A stretch of 64,000 bases of DNA from Longimicrobiales bacterium (GTDB lineage Bacteria; Gemmatimonadota; Gemmatimonadetes; Longimicrobiales; Gaopeijiaceae), in contig JAWLHJ010000007.1 of NCBI GenBank assembly GCA_041690395.1, positions 64,001 to 128,000 on the forward strand. The letters are read 5' to 3'. The notes beneath the pieces are model-generated. The model had not been told where the DNA came from. It did no database searches and saw only the letters and a program-made list of their open reading frames with translations. This document shows, one piece after another, positions 31,100-40,536 of this stretch (positions are counted from its first letter, which is position 1; each line of letters opens with the position of its first letter). The position numbers and the translations under genes are program-made.

Positions 31100-32167
31100 A
31101 TGCGCTCCGCCGATCTGGACGAGGAGGTCCGGGACGCCTTCAGGGCGCGCCTCCGCGAGATCCACAACAGCGGAGCCCTCGCCCTGGCCGTATCGCTCGG
31201 GCATCGTCTCGGGCTGTTCGACCTCATGGCCGGCATGACGCCTGCCCTGAGCGGGGACGTGGCCGAGGCCGCGGGGCTCGACGAGCGGTACGTGCGGGAA
31301 TGGCTCTCCGCCCTCACGGCGGGGGGCATCGTGGACCTGGATCCGGTCACCGGCACCTTCGTCCTTCCTGCCGAGCACGCGAGCCTCCTCACCCGGCGCG
31401 CGAGCCCCGAGAACATGGCCGTGTCGCTGCAGTTCATCCCGCTCCTCGCCTCGGTGGAGACGGAGCTCGTCACCCGGTTCCAGGAGGGGGGCGGGCTCGG
31501 ATACGAGCATTACGACCGGTTCCACGACGTGATGGCGGAGATGAGCAGCCAGACCGTCGTCAGCGCGTTGTTCGACAGGGTCCTGCCCCTCGTGCCCGAG
31601 CTGCCGGGTCGCTTGCAGCTGGGGATCGACGTGATGGACGTGGGGTGCGGGCGGGGCAGGGCCCTCGTAGCGCTGGCGAGCGCTTACCCGAACAGCCGCT
31701 TCCTCGGGATCGACATCTCCGACGACGCCATCGCCGTGGCTCGTGCCCGGGCCGAGGCGCTGCGCCTGAGAAACATCCGTTTCGAGGTCGTCGACGCGGC
31801 GCGCATGCCCGACGGGAGCTTCGAGCTGGTCACGGCCTTCGATGCGATCCACGATCAGGCCGAGCCGGAGCTCGTGCTGTCGCGGATCCGGTCGCTGCTC
31901 CCGGAGGACGGGGTCTTCCTCATGCAGGAGATGGCGACCAGCAGCCACCTGGAGCGGAATCGCGACCATCCGCTCGGCGCGTTCCTCTACACGCTGTCCT
32001 TCGCCCATTGCATGACCGTGTCCCTGGCGCGGGGCGGCGCGGGGCTGGGCACCTGCTGGGGCCACGAGCGGGCCACCGAAATGCTGCGGGCCGCCGGTTT
32101 CCGGGAGATCGAGCGGCATCGACTGGAGCACGACCCCCTCAACGAGTTCTACGTCGTTCGACCCTGA
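31100..32167 (+). CDS. Class I SAM methyltransferase with N-terminal winged helix (Rv2258c-like)
   Basis: ERYVREWL, DVGCGRG, FDAIHD, HCMTVSLA. Confidence 0.88.
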   Translation: MRSADLDEEVRDAFRARLREIHNSGALALAVSLGHRLGLFDLMAGMTPALSGDVAEAAGLDERYVREWLSALTAGGIVDLDPVTGTFVLPAEHASLLTRRASPENMAVSLQFIPLLASVETELVTRFQEGGGLGYEHYDRFHDVMAEMSSQTVVSALFDRVLPLVPELPGRLQLGIDVMDVGCGRGRALVALASAYPNSRFLGIDISDDAIAVARARAEALRLRNIRFEVVDAARMPDGSFELVTAFDAIHDQAEPELVLSRIRSLLPEDGVFLMQEMATSSHLERNRDHPLGAFLYTLSFAHCMTVSLARGGAGLGTCWGHERATEMLRAAGFREIERHRLEHDPLNEFYVVRP

Positions 32168-34152
32168 GGGGAGGCTGCCTCTCCCCGTGCACTGAGCAGG
32201 ATGCCGAACGATGCGCCGAGCGCGGCGACCGCGGCGGCATAGATCCACCAGGGTAGCTCCGTCGAGGCGTCGATCCACCCCATGCGGGCGGGCACGATCG
32301 CCAGCGCGTTGTTCAGGAAATGCCAGAGCATGGCCGGGTAGATCGACCCGGTGAGCACGACGGTGGTCGCGAGGATCACCCCGAGGTATGCCGTCGGCAC
32401 GATCCGGAAGAGCGACACGTGGAAGAGACCGAACACGGCTCCGGCCGCGAGGGTCGCGGCGACGGGGCGCATGCGGGCACGCAGGCCGTGCAGCAGCACG
32501 CCCCGGAACGCCACCTCCTCGGCGATCGCGGGCATCACCGCGAGGAAGAGGAGGAGCTGCCAGACGGGGATCGTCTCGATGAGCATCGCCTCGCCGAACG
32601 CTTCCAGCATGCTCTGTGGCACCGGCAGCAGGTAGGCGTCGACGAGGCCGGCGAGCCCGATGGCGGTCAGGTACCCGGCCGGTGCACCGAGCGCGACCGC
32701 GAGCCACGTGCGACGGGGCGGGGGGCGAAGGGAGAGGGCCGTGCGGGGGGCGAGGCGGTACCGGCGGATCATGAGCCAGGTGGCGCCGCTGAACAGGACG
32801 ATCAGATTCACGACGACCTGACCCCGGACGCCCAGCGCGTCGCCGAACCACAGGGAGACGGTGAAGAACAGCGCCCACAGCACCGCGAACCAGCGGGCGA
32901 CCCGGTACGGGAAGAGGGCCGGCCCTCCCCGGGCCTCCTTTTCCGACAGCGTGCCTCCGCCGATGAGCCGCTCCGTCGAGAGCCCACGCTCCGCGAGTCG
33001 GGTGAGCAGGTAGGCCGCGCCTCCGCTCGAGAGCCATGCGAGCGCCAGGAAGAGCCAATCGCGCTCACCCACCATCACCTCGCGGACGGCCACGCCGAGC
33101 CCGGCGACCGGCACGAGTGCGATCGCCGAGCGAAGCTCCATGCCCGGCAGGGCGGCCGGAGCCGCCAGAGCCACGAATGCGAGCATGACCGGGAAGAAGG
33201 CGATCTGGAAGTCCTTGTATCCGTCGACCCTCCCGGAAAGGAACAGCAGCGCCCCCGCGACCAGCACCGCGAGCGGGACCAGCAGGAGGAGCACGAGCAG
33301 GGCGTCGTTTGGTGCCACGGATAGCGCCAGCCCGGCGGGGAGCTCCAGCACTCCGATCACCAGGTACGTCACGAGATTCGCCGCGTTCACCGTCACGAGG
33401 ACGAGCCCGAGCGCGACGATCGCCAGGAGCTTCGCCCGGATGATCTCGGCCCGGGTGAGGCCCGTCGTGAGGAGTGTCTCCAGCGTGCCGCGTTCCTTCT
33501 CGCCGCTCAGCGTGTCCACCGCGGCAATGGAGCCGCCGGTGAGCAGGAGGAGCAGGACGAACGGCATGAGCAGGAGGCCGAGGCGGGCGCCACCCTCCCG
33601 GGCGGGCGTGGCCACATTCGTGGCTTCGAGCTCGAGCACGCGTCCGGGATCGGTTGGGAATCCAGACGCGCGGAAGACGCTGTCGCGTTCCTGGCGTCCC
33701 AGAGCGAGGAGGCGCGCTTCGAGCTCGGTGGAGGCGGCGCGCGAGAGGTCGCTGTCGGCGCGGTACCGGAGGGTCACGCCGGGGCGGTGGGGGCCGGCGG
33801 TCACGTTGTCGGCCGCGCTCCACTCGGCCAGGAGCTGGATGTCACCGGCCGCGAGCGCGGAGTCCGGAGTGGCCGTACGAGCCCGCTCGAACCGGGCGCC
33901 CGGGCGGTCGCCGGGCAGCGTGAGCGCGTGCTCGATCAGCCCCGCGAGGTCCCGACCCTGCACGGTGTCGCTCACCGCGTAGCGGTATACGGCGCTGTCG
34001 AGCCGTGCGGACTCGTCCTGCTCGACTGCGCGCAGGACCAGGATCAGTCCCGGGAAGAGCACGAGAGGGAGGACGACCGCGATGAAGATCATCCGCGTGT
34101 CGCGTGTGAGCAGCCGGAGCTCGTGGCGGAGCAGGGCGCCGAAGGGAGTCAC
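32149..34152 (-). CDS. NatB-like ABC permease fused to a CPBP (CAAX) intramembrane protease
   Basis: GEKERGTLETLL; C-terminal EEVAFRG, FGLFH, HFLNN. Confidence 0.88.
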   Translation of the reverse strand: MTPFGALLRHELRLLTRDTRMIFIAVVLPLVLFPGLILVLRAVEQDESARLDSAVYRYAVSDTVQGRDLAGLIEHALTLPGDRPGARFERARTATPDSALAAGDIQLLAEWSAADNVTAGPHRPGVTLRYRADSDLSRAASTELEARLLALGRQERDSVFRASGFPTDPGRVLELEATNVATPAREGGARLGLLLMPFVLLLLLTGGSIAAVDTLSGEKERGTLETLLTTGLTRAEIIRAKLLAIVALGLVLVTVNAANLVTYLVIGVLELPAGLALSVAPNDALLVLLLLVPLAVLVAGALLFLSGRVDGYKDFQIAFFPVMLAFVALAAPAALPGMELRSAIALVPVAGLGVAVREVMVGERDWLFLALAWLSSGGAAYLLTRLAERGLSTERLIGGGTLSEKEARGGPALFPYRVARWFAVLWALFFTVSLWFGDALGVRGQVVVNLIVLFSGATWLMIRRYRLAPRTALSLRPPPRRTWLAVALGAPAGYLTAIGLAGLVDAYLLPVPQSMLEAFGEAMLIETIPVWQLLLFLAVMPAIAEEVAFRGVLLHGLRARMRPVAATLAAGAVFGLFHVSLFRIVPTAYLGVILATTVVLTGSIYPAMLWHFLNNALAIVPARMGWIDASTELPWWIYAAAVAALGASFGILLSARGEAASPQGRTT

Positions 34153-34925
34153 GGGGAGGCGACGTCGGCGCCCGTGAGGTCGGCCAGGAAGATGTCCTCG
34201 AGGTAGTGGAGACCGGTTCGCGATCGGTGCTCCTCGAGCGTTCCGACCGACAGGATGTGCCCTCGGTGCATGATGGCGATCCGGTCACACACCTTCTCCG
34301 CCTCCGGCATGATGTGCGTCGAGAAGAGGATCGTCTTCCCGGCATCCCTCAGCTCGGCGACGATCCGCCGCAACTCCAGCGCGTTCACGACGTCGAGCCC
34401 CACGGACGGCTCGTCGAAGATGAGCACCGGGGGGTCGTGCGCGACGGTGCGCGCCAGCGAGACCTTCTGCTTCATGCCGCTCGACAGCGTGTCGATACGG
34501 GCGTCCGCGTAGGGGCGGATGTCGAAGCGGTCCAGGAGCTCGTCCACCCGTCCCGGGACCGCGTCCACCGGGTACCCGTTCACCCGGGCGAAGAACTCGA
34601 GGGTCTCCTTCGCGGTGAGCCGAGGATAGAGGGCCGTCGAGGCCGAGTGGAATCCGATGCTCCGACGGACGGACTCGGGCGACCGCGCCACGTCGTGACC
34701 GTTCACGGTCGCCCGTCCCGCGGACGGCTGCAGCGTCGTGGCCAACACCCGGAGCGTCGTCGTCTTGCCCGCGCCGTTGGCCCCCAGCAGACCGAACACC
34801 TCACCCGGAACGCATTCGAAGTCGATGCCGTCGACGGCACGAACCTCGCCGCGGCCCTCGTCCCAGAACCGCTTGACCAGCCCTTCGACCCGGACCCGTC
34901 CGTCGTTCACCCCGGCAGGCGTCAT
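34149..34925 (-). CDS. NatA-like ABC ATP-binding protein
   Basis: GANGAGKTT, LSSGMKQK, IFDEP, STH. Confidence 0.92.
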   Translation of the reverse strand: MTPAGVNDGRVRVEGLVKRFWDEGRGEVRAVDGIDFECVPGEVFGLLGANGAGKTTTLRVLATTLQPSAGRATVNGHDVARSPESVRRSIGFHSASTALYPRLTAKETLEFFARVNGYPVDAVPGRVDELLDRFDIRPYADARIDTLSSGMKQKVSLARTVAHDPPVLIFDEPSVGLDVVNALELRRIVAELRDAGKTILFSTHIMPEAEKVCDRIAIMHRGHILSVGTLEEHRSRTGLHYLEDIFLADLTGADVASP

Positions 34926-36223
34926 CGAGCGCTCCTCAGCTTGTCCCGCACGAAGCGCCACGGACGACCCGTGTGGCTCCCGATCATGAAGTCCTCGAAC
35001 CCGAGGACCCATCGGGCGAAAGTGATGAAGGCCAGGATGAGCGCGGCGCTGACCGCCGCGGTGACGCCGAGAAGGGGCCAGATGAAGACACCATGGATGG
35101 CGTCCCGGACGGCCATGGCGATGTTCGCGACGGGGATCATGGCGATGGCCGGTGTGAGCGTGCGGTCCGTCTGCTGGCCGAGGACGAGGGGGATGAGGGC
35201 GAGGTAGAACACGGGCGTCACCAGGGCCTGACCGTCCTTGAAGGTGCGGGCGAACGCCGCCAGCGGCATCATCGCCGCGGCGAAGAAGAGGGCGAGGAGG
35301 ACGGCCCCGAGCGCCATCACGACGATCGCGGTCGGAGCGAGGGACACCACCAGCCCGCCGTCGCCGAGTCCCTGCAGCGGCGCGAGGATCGGGCCGAGCG
35401 AGATCGACATGGCGGCCACGTTGAGCACGCCGGCCGTGGCCCCGAAAGACGCCACATAGAGGTATTTCGCGGTGACGATGCTGCCCCGCGACGCCCGGGT
35501 GGTCATGAGCGTCTCCCAGGTGCCCCGCTCACGCTCGCCCGCCGTGGTGTCGACGGCCGGGACGAGGCAACCGAGCGCCACGGCGATGACCAGGAAGAGC
35601 GGGATCATCAGGCCGAGCAAGGTGGTGCCCAGCGCTTCGTCGGTCGACACGTTCCTGCGGGTCACCCGTAGCGGCTCGGCGGCCCCGGGCGGCAGCGCGA
35701 GCCTGTCCGCCTCGAGGGCGAGCCGGTCAGCGCGAACCTCGTCGACCCGGCGTTCGATGCGCTCGAGCGCCCGGCGGCTCCGGTCCACGGAGCGGTCGTA
35801 GCGCACCACGACCCGGGCGTCATTCTCCAGAGCGTCGCCTCCCGCCGCGGCGTCCTCGAGCGTGACGACAGCGTCCAGGTCGCCGGCGGCCAGGCGCGTG
35901 AGGGCCTCGTCGAGCGTCACCTCCGTGGCGACGATCTCGATCGGGCTCGCGTCGTCACCGGGCCCGCCGTCTTCGGGCCCGCCCTCCAGCGCCTCGACGA
36001 TCTCCGTCCGCGCGGCGGCGTCCCCCAGCAAGGCGATGCGTGCCGACGACCGCTCGGCCAGGCCCGCGACGAACCCGAGGGCGCTGATCTCGATCCAGAG
36101 GAGGAGGGGGTACAGGACGACCGGCAGGAGGATGCTGTTGACGACGACGCTCCGCTCCCTGAGCGCCCCCCGCACCTCCCGTCCCCACAGCACCCCGACG
36201 TCGCGCCAGAACACCTGGCTCAT
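34922..36223 (-). CDS. NatB-like ABC permease
   Basis: GERERGTWETL, FARTFKDGQ, multiple TMs. Confidence 0.85.
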   Translation of the reverse strand: MSQVFWRDVGVLWGREVRGALRERSVVVNSILLPVVLYPLLLWIEISALGFVAGLAERSSARIALLGDAAARTEIVEALEGGPEDGGPGDDASPIEIVATEVTLDEALTRLAAGDLDAVVTLEDAAAGGDALENDARVVVRYDRSVDRSRRALERIERRVDEVRADRLALEADRLALPPGAAEPLRVTRRNVSTDEALGTTLLGLMIPLFLVIAVALGCLVPAVDTTAGERERGTWETLMTTRASRGSIVTAKYLYVASFGATAGVLNVAAMSISLGPILAPLQGLGDGGLVVSLAPTAIVVMALGAVLLALFFAAAMMPLAAFARTFKDGQALVTPVFYLALIPLVLGQQTDRTLTPAIAMIPVANIAMAVRDAIHGVFIWPLLGVTAAVSAALILAFITFARWVLGFEDFMIGSHTGRPWRFVRDKLRSAR

Positions 36224-36262
36224 CCCTGGGGCCGCGGGTGCACCCGCCGCCGGTCGACCGTG

Positions 36263-36481
36263 CTACCCCTCCACCGGGGCCAGCGTCGGATCCCAGTCAC
36301 ACGTCTTGTGCGAGCCGTCGCAGAACGGCTTCCTCGACGAGTCGCCACAGCGGCACAGGGAGTACGGGCGGCCTTCCGGCGTCGGGATGCGGTTCCCTTC
36401 CGCGTCGAACAGCGGCACGTCGCCCTCCACTCGGAGGGAGCCACGGGCGGAGACGGTGATCTTGATGGCGGGTTCGGTCAC
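36263..36481 (-). CDS. CDGSH iron-sulfur domain protein
   Basis: LCRCGDSSRKPFCDGSH. Confidence 0.9.
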   Translation of the reverse strand: MTEPAIKITVSARGSLRVEGDVPLFDAEGNRIPTPEGRPYSLCRCGDSSRKPFCDGSHKTCDWDPTLAPVEG

Positions 36482-36660
36482 TTGGAATTCCTTAGGGTTC
36501 TTGGAGTCGATCGGATTCTTCTACCATCGCCAGGGCCGGGTCGGGTGCACAAGGCTCGGTCTCCTTGGTCCGCCTCCGGCCGTCCGGTAGATTCCCGGTG
36601 TGCAGAACCCGCTCCGGGATCGAGGGTGGGATGCGGCGAGCCCAACAGCGTGAGGCGAGT

Positions 36661-37893
36661 GTGATTGCGGTAGAGCGAAGGAAGTCCGTTCCCGTCGACG
36701 TGGGTGGTGTCACGGTGGGCGGGAACGCGCCGATCGTGGTCCAGTCGATGACGAACACCGACACGGCGGACGTCCAGTCCACCGTCGACCAGGTGAAGCT
36801 GCTCGCCGATGCGGGCAGCGAGATCGTCCGAGTGACGGTGAACCACGACGAAGCGGCGCGGTCGGTGCCCGAGATCGTGCGTCGCCTGCGAGACGACGGG
36901 TACCGGACGCCGATCGTGGGAGATTTCCACTACAATGGGCATCTCCTGCTCAAGAAGTACCCCGATGCCGCCGACGCCCTGGCGAAGCTGCGCATCAACC
37001 CCGGGAACGTCGGGACCAAGCACCGCGACGCGAACTTCCAGCAGATCATCGAGGTCGCTGTCGAGCACGACAAGCCGGTGCGCATCGGTGTGAACTGGGG
37101 CTCGCTCGACCAGCGACTCCTCACCGAGCTCATGGACGAGAACGCGACGCGGGCAGAGCCGAAGGAGGCGCAGGTCGTGCTCCTCGAGGCGATGATCGAG
37201 AGCGCGCTCCGGTCCGCCGCCCTCGCCGAGGAGACCGGGCTCGGGCACGACCGCATCGTGATCTCGGCCAAGGTGTCGTCGGTGCGGGACCTCCTCACCG
37301 TGTACCGGATGCTCGCGCCGCGCTGCGACTATCCGCTCCATCTCGGCCTCACCGAAGCCGGGCTCGGCGCCAAGGGGATCGTCGCCACGACGGCCGCGCT
37401 CGCCCCGCTGCTACTCGAAGGGATCGGCGACACCATCCGGGTGTCGCTCACGCCCAGGCCGGGTGGGGACCGGGCCGAGGAGGTTCGGGTCGCCCAGCAG
37501 ATCCTCCAGTCGCTGGGCATCCGCCACTTCGAGCCGCAAGTGACGTCCTGCCCGGGCTGTGGCCGGACCACCAGCACCTTCTTCCAGGAGATGGCCGAGG
37601 ACATCACGGCCTACATCCGGGAGCGGATGCCGGAGTGGAGGAAGGAGTATCCGGGCGTCGAGGAGATGGAGGTGGCGGTGATGGGGTGCGTCGTGAACGG
37701 ACCCGGCGAGTCGAAGTACGCGAACATCGGGATCTCGCTGCCCGGCACCTTCGAGGAGCCGAAGGCACCGGTCTATATCGACGGGGAGCACTCCGTGACG
37801 CTCAAGGGCGAGGGGCTCGTCGACGAGTTCAAGGGACTCCTCGAGGACTACGTGGTCCGCCGGTACGGATCGGAGGTCGCGACGCCGGTGTGA
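36661..37893 (+). CDS. ispG: HMBPP synthase IspG (GcpE)
   Basis: [39 protein letters not shown]. Confidence 0.98.
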   Translation: MIAVERRKSVPVDVGGVTVGGNAPIVVQSMTNTDTADVQSTVDQVKLLADAGSEIVRVTVNHDEAARSVPEIVRRLRDDGYRTPIVGDFHYNGHLLLKKYPDAADALAKLRINPGNVGTKHRDANFQQIIEVAVEHDKPVRIGVNWGSLDQRLLTELMDENATRAEPKEAQVVLLEAMIESALRSAALAEETGLGHDRIVISAKVSSVRDLLTVYRMLAPRCDYPLHLGLTEAGLGAKGIVATTAALAPLLLEGIGDTIRVSLTPRPGGDRAEEVRVAQQILQSLGIRHFEPQVTSCPGCGRTTSTFFQEMAEDITAYIRERMPEWRKEYPGVEEMEVAVMGCVVNGPGESKYANIGISLPGTFEEPKAPVYIDGEHSVTLKGEGLVDEFKGLLEDYVVRRYGSEVATPV

Positions 37894-37917
37894 CGGCTTC
37901 GCGAGGAGGGTGGCGCC

Positions 37918-38496
37918 ATGGGTAAGCGAACCGGCGTGACGATTCCGAATGCGCTGACCTGGTTTCGGATCGTCACCTCGCCCGTGCTCGTCGTCCTGGC
38001 CTGGGCCGGTGGTACCGGTTGGGTCGTCGCATTCCTGCTCGTCCTGCAAGTGACCGACTGGGTGGACGGCCCGCTCGCGCGTGGTCTCCGCCAGCACACT
38101 ACCGCGGGGGCTCGACTCGACTCGCTGGCGGACGTGCTCATGTTCGGCAGCCTGCTCGCGGCGCTCGCGGTCCTCGAAGGGCCGCTCCTGTGGGACGCGT
38201 GGCCGTGGGTCGCCGCCGCGGTCGGGAGCTACGCGGCCTCGTCCGCGTACGCGCTGGCCCGGTTCCGCCGGATGCCGACCTACCATCAGTGGACGGCCAA
38301 GGTGTCCGGGCCCATCACCCTGGTCGCCACGCTTGCCGTGCTCCTGCTCGGAGAGGGGTGGCCCGTTCGGGTGGCGGCGGCCGCCGTGACGCTCGGGAAC
38401 CTGGAGGGCGCGCTCATCACGTCGAGGCTCTCGGCGCCGCGCACCGACATTCCCTCGGTGTTCGCCCTCCCGGACCGGGACGCGCGTAGCCCATGA
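37918..38496 (+). CDS. CDP-alcohol phosphatidyltransferase
   Basis: PNALT, DWVDGPLAR...GARLDSLAD. Confidence 0.9.
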   Translation: MGKRTGVTIPNALTWFRIVTSPVLVVLAWAGGTGWVVAFLLVLQVTDWVDGPLARGLRQHTTAGARLDSLADVLMFGSLLAALAVLEGPLLWDAWPWVAAAVGSYAASSAYALARFRRMPTYHQWTAKVSGPITLVATLAVLLLGEGWPVRVAAAAVTLGNLEGALITSRLSAPRTDIPSVFALPDRDARSP

Positions 38497-39332
38497 CCCG
38501 CCGCCGGCTTCTGTACGCCGCCGCCGCGGTCGGCGCTCTCGGGCTCGGCTTCTGGTTCGTCGTCATCCCTTATCCCCGGGGACTGGCGACCGGGGATCCC
38601 GGAATGACGGCGCTCATGGAGCAGCGCGTCCGCCAGGCGCGAGCGGCCGGAGACTCGCTCGTGATCCGGCGGGAGTGGGTCGACCTCGACGCCATCTCGC
38701 CGAACGTCCGCCGTGCGGTCGTGGTCGCGGAGGATTACCGGTTCCGTGAGCACCAGGGCGTCGACTGGGTGTCGCTCGCCGAGGAGGTCCAATGGACCGG
38801 CGCCGAGGACTTCTCTTGGTGGAGCCTCGATGATCTCCGGGCGCTCGCCGGGGCTGTGACATACGCGTGGCGGAACCGGTCGGAGCTTCGCGGACGGAGT
38901 ACCATCACCCAGCAGCTCGCGAAGAACCTGTACTTCGGGACGGACCGCTCGTTCGCTCGCAAGGCGATGGAGCTCGTGGTGGCGAAGCGGCTCGAGCGGC
39001 ATCTGGACAAGGACCGGATCCTCGAGCTCTACCTGAACGCCGCCGAGTGGGGTCCGGGAATTTTCGGCGTCGAGGCGGCGGCCCGTGCCTATTTCGGGCG
39101 TTCGGCCGCGAACGTCGGGTTGGCGCAGGCGGCCGCGTTGGCCGGGACGCTGCCACACCCGCTGACGTCGAACCCCGCCTACCGTCCGAGCCGGATGGCG
39201 TGGAGGCGGGACCTCATCCTGTCGAGGCTGCAGCCCGGCGCGAGCGTCGTGCCGGCGCCGATTCCCGAGCCGCCTCCGGAGCTGGTGATTCCCGACACGA
39301 GCCTCAGTCGTCCCCCAGGTGGCGGCGCCTGA
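38493..39332 (+). CDS. mtgA: Monofunctional peptidoglycan transglycosylase
   Basis: EDYRF..H.G, STITQQLAKNL, RKAME, LELYLN. Confidence 0.9.
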   Translation: MTRRRLLYAAAAVGALGLGFWFVVIPYPRGLATGDPGMTALMEQRVRQARAAGDSLVIRREWVDLDAISPNVRRAVVVAEDYRFREHQGVDWVSLAEEVQWTGAEDFSWWSLDDLRALAGAVTYAWRNRSELRGRSTITQQLAKNLYFGTDRSFARKAMELVVAKRLERHLDKDRILELYLNAAEWGPGIFGVEAAARAYFGRSAANVGLAQAAALAGTLPHPLTSNPAYRPSRMAWRRDLILSRLQPGASVVPAPIPEPPPELVIPDTSLSRPPGGGA

Positions 39333-40413
39333 GCTCGGCCCATTCCTCGCTGGCCAGGTACTCGAGCAGGACGAGGTTGATGGCGTCACGGTCGGCCGCG
39401 CCCGCCGGCAATGCGATCGCGTAGTACTGCTCCGCGAACGTTCCCGGGAGGACGCGCGTGCGGCCCCGGAACTCGTTCTGCCCGAAGTAACGGAGGATCG
39501 GCTCGTCGTGCACGAACGCGTCGATGTTCCCGGACGCGAGCGCCTCGAGGCCGTCGGGGATCGACCCGAACGATTGCGACGCGATCCCGTCGTCCTCCAG
39601 ATACGTTGCGGCGGCTGACTCTTCGAGCGTGCCGACGCGAGCGTGCGGCAGGTCCTCGGGGCCTCTCACCCGGCTGTCGAGTTGCGTCACGGTGAGGCTC
39701 GACGCGATGGTCGCGGTGAAGAACGAGATGACGATGATGCCGGTGAACATCCAGACGAAGCCCACGATCCGGCCGCCGAGCGTCCTCGGCGACTTGTCGC
39801 CGTATCCCACGGTCGTCATGGTCACCGCGGCCCACCAGAATCCGCTGCCGATACCCTCCGCGGCGGTTCCTCCGAACTCCCCGGCGTTCTCGACCCGTTC
39901 GAAGAGCCAGACGAGCGCGCCCCAGAAGAGCAGGACTCCGAGGAGAAGCCCGAACACCCAGAGAAAATCGAGCGAGAACAGCCGGAGTACGGCCTGGATG
40001 AAGTCGGCCGGCCGTTCGGGAACCGCGATGGCCAGGCCGGACGTGAAGAACGGATGCGTGAAGTCGACCCGCTCCTCTCGCTCGGCCGTAACCGTGAGCG
40101 CCGAGACGGATGCATACAGCGAGCCGTCCTCGACGCCGGTGAAGAGCCCTTCCAGGTCCCGTTCCTCGAAGACGAACGGAAGCTCCATCGCCTCGGCCAC
40201 ATGGGTCCAGAGCGCCACGCTGAGCCCCGCGTAGCCGCCTTCTTGGTCCATGACGAAAGGCGCGGCCACCCGGGTTCCGACGAGCACCGTGTCCGACGGG
40301 GTGCTCTGCGACAGAGCCGGGGAGGGGAGAACCGCCTGCGCAGCGAGGAGGGTGGCCAGGGTCACCGCGCAGGATGTCAGCGCCTTCACGGCGTTCGAAA
40401 GATGTCTGTTCAT
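39304..40413 (-). CDS. GluR0-like ligand-gated K+ channel (split SBP family 3 domain around the pore)
   Basis: Signal peptide, SBP S1, TM, WWAAVTMTTVGYGD filter, TM with FTATIASSLT, SBP S2. Confidence 0.9.
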   Translation of the reverse strand: MNRHLSNAVKALTSCAVTLATLLAAQAVLPSPALSQSTPSDTVLVGTRVAAPFVMDQEGGYAGLSVALWTHVAEAMELPFVFEERDLEGLFTGVEDGSLYASVSALTVTAEREERVDFTHPFFTSGLAIAVPERPADFIQAVLRLFSLDFLWVFGLLLGVLLFWGALVWLFERVENAGEFGGTAAEGIGSGFWWAAVTMTTVGYGDKSPRTLGGRIVGFVWMFTGIIVISFFTATIASSLTVTQLDSRVRGPEDLPHARVGTLEESAAATYLEDDGIASQSFGSIPDGLEALASGNIDAFVHDEPILRYFGQNEFRGRTRVLPGTFAEQYYAIALPAGAADRDAINLVLLEYLASEEWAELRRRHLGDD

Positions 40414-40536
40414 GGCCTCGGACCGTACAAGCGCGGCCGGCGTCCGAGCAACCCACGGTCCGCTTGCCCCCGCCCGGGATCGCGCCTACCGTCGGGCGTC
40501 CATCTCGGCCACGCTCCACAACGCGAGACCCGCTCC

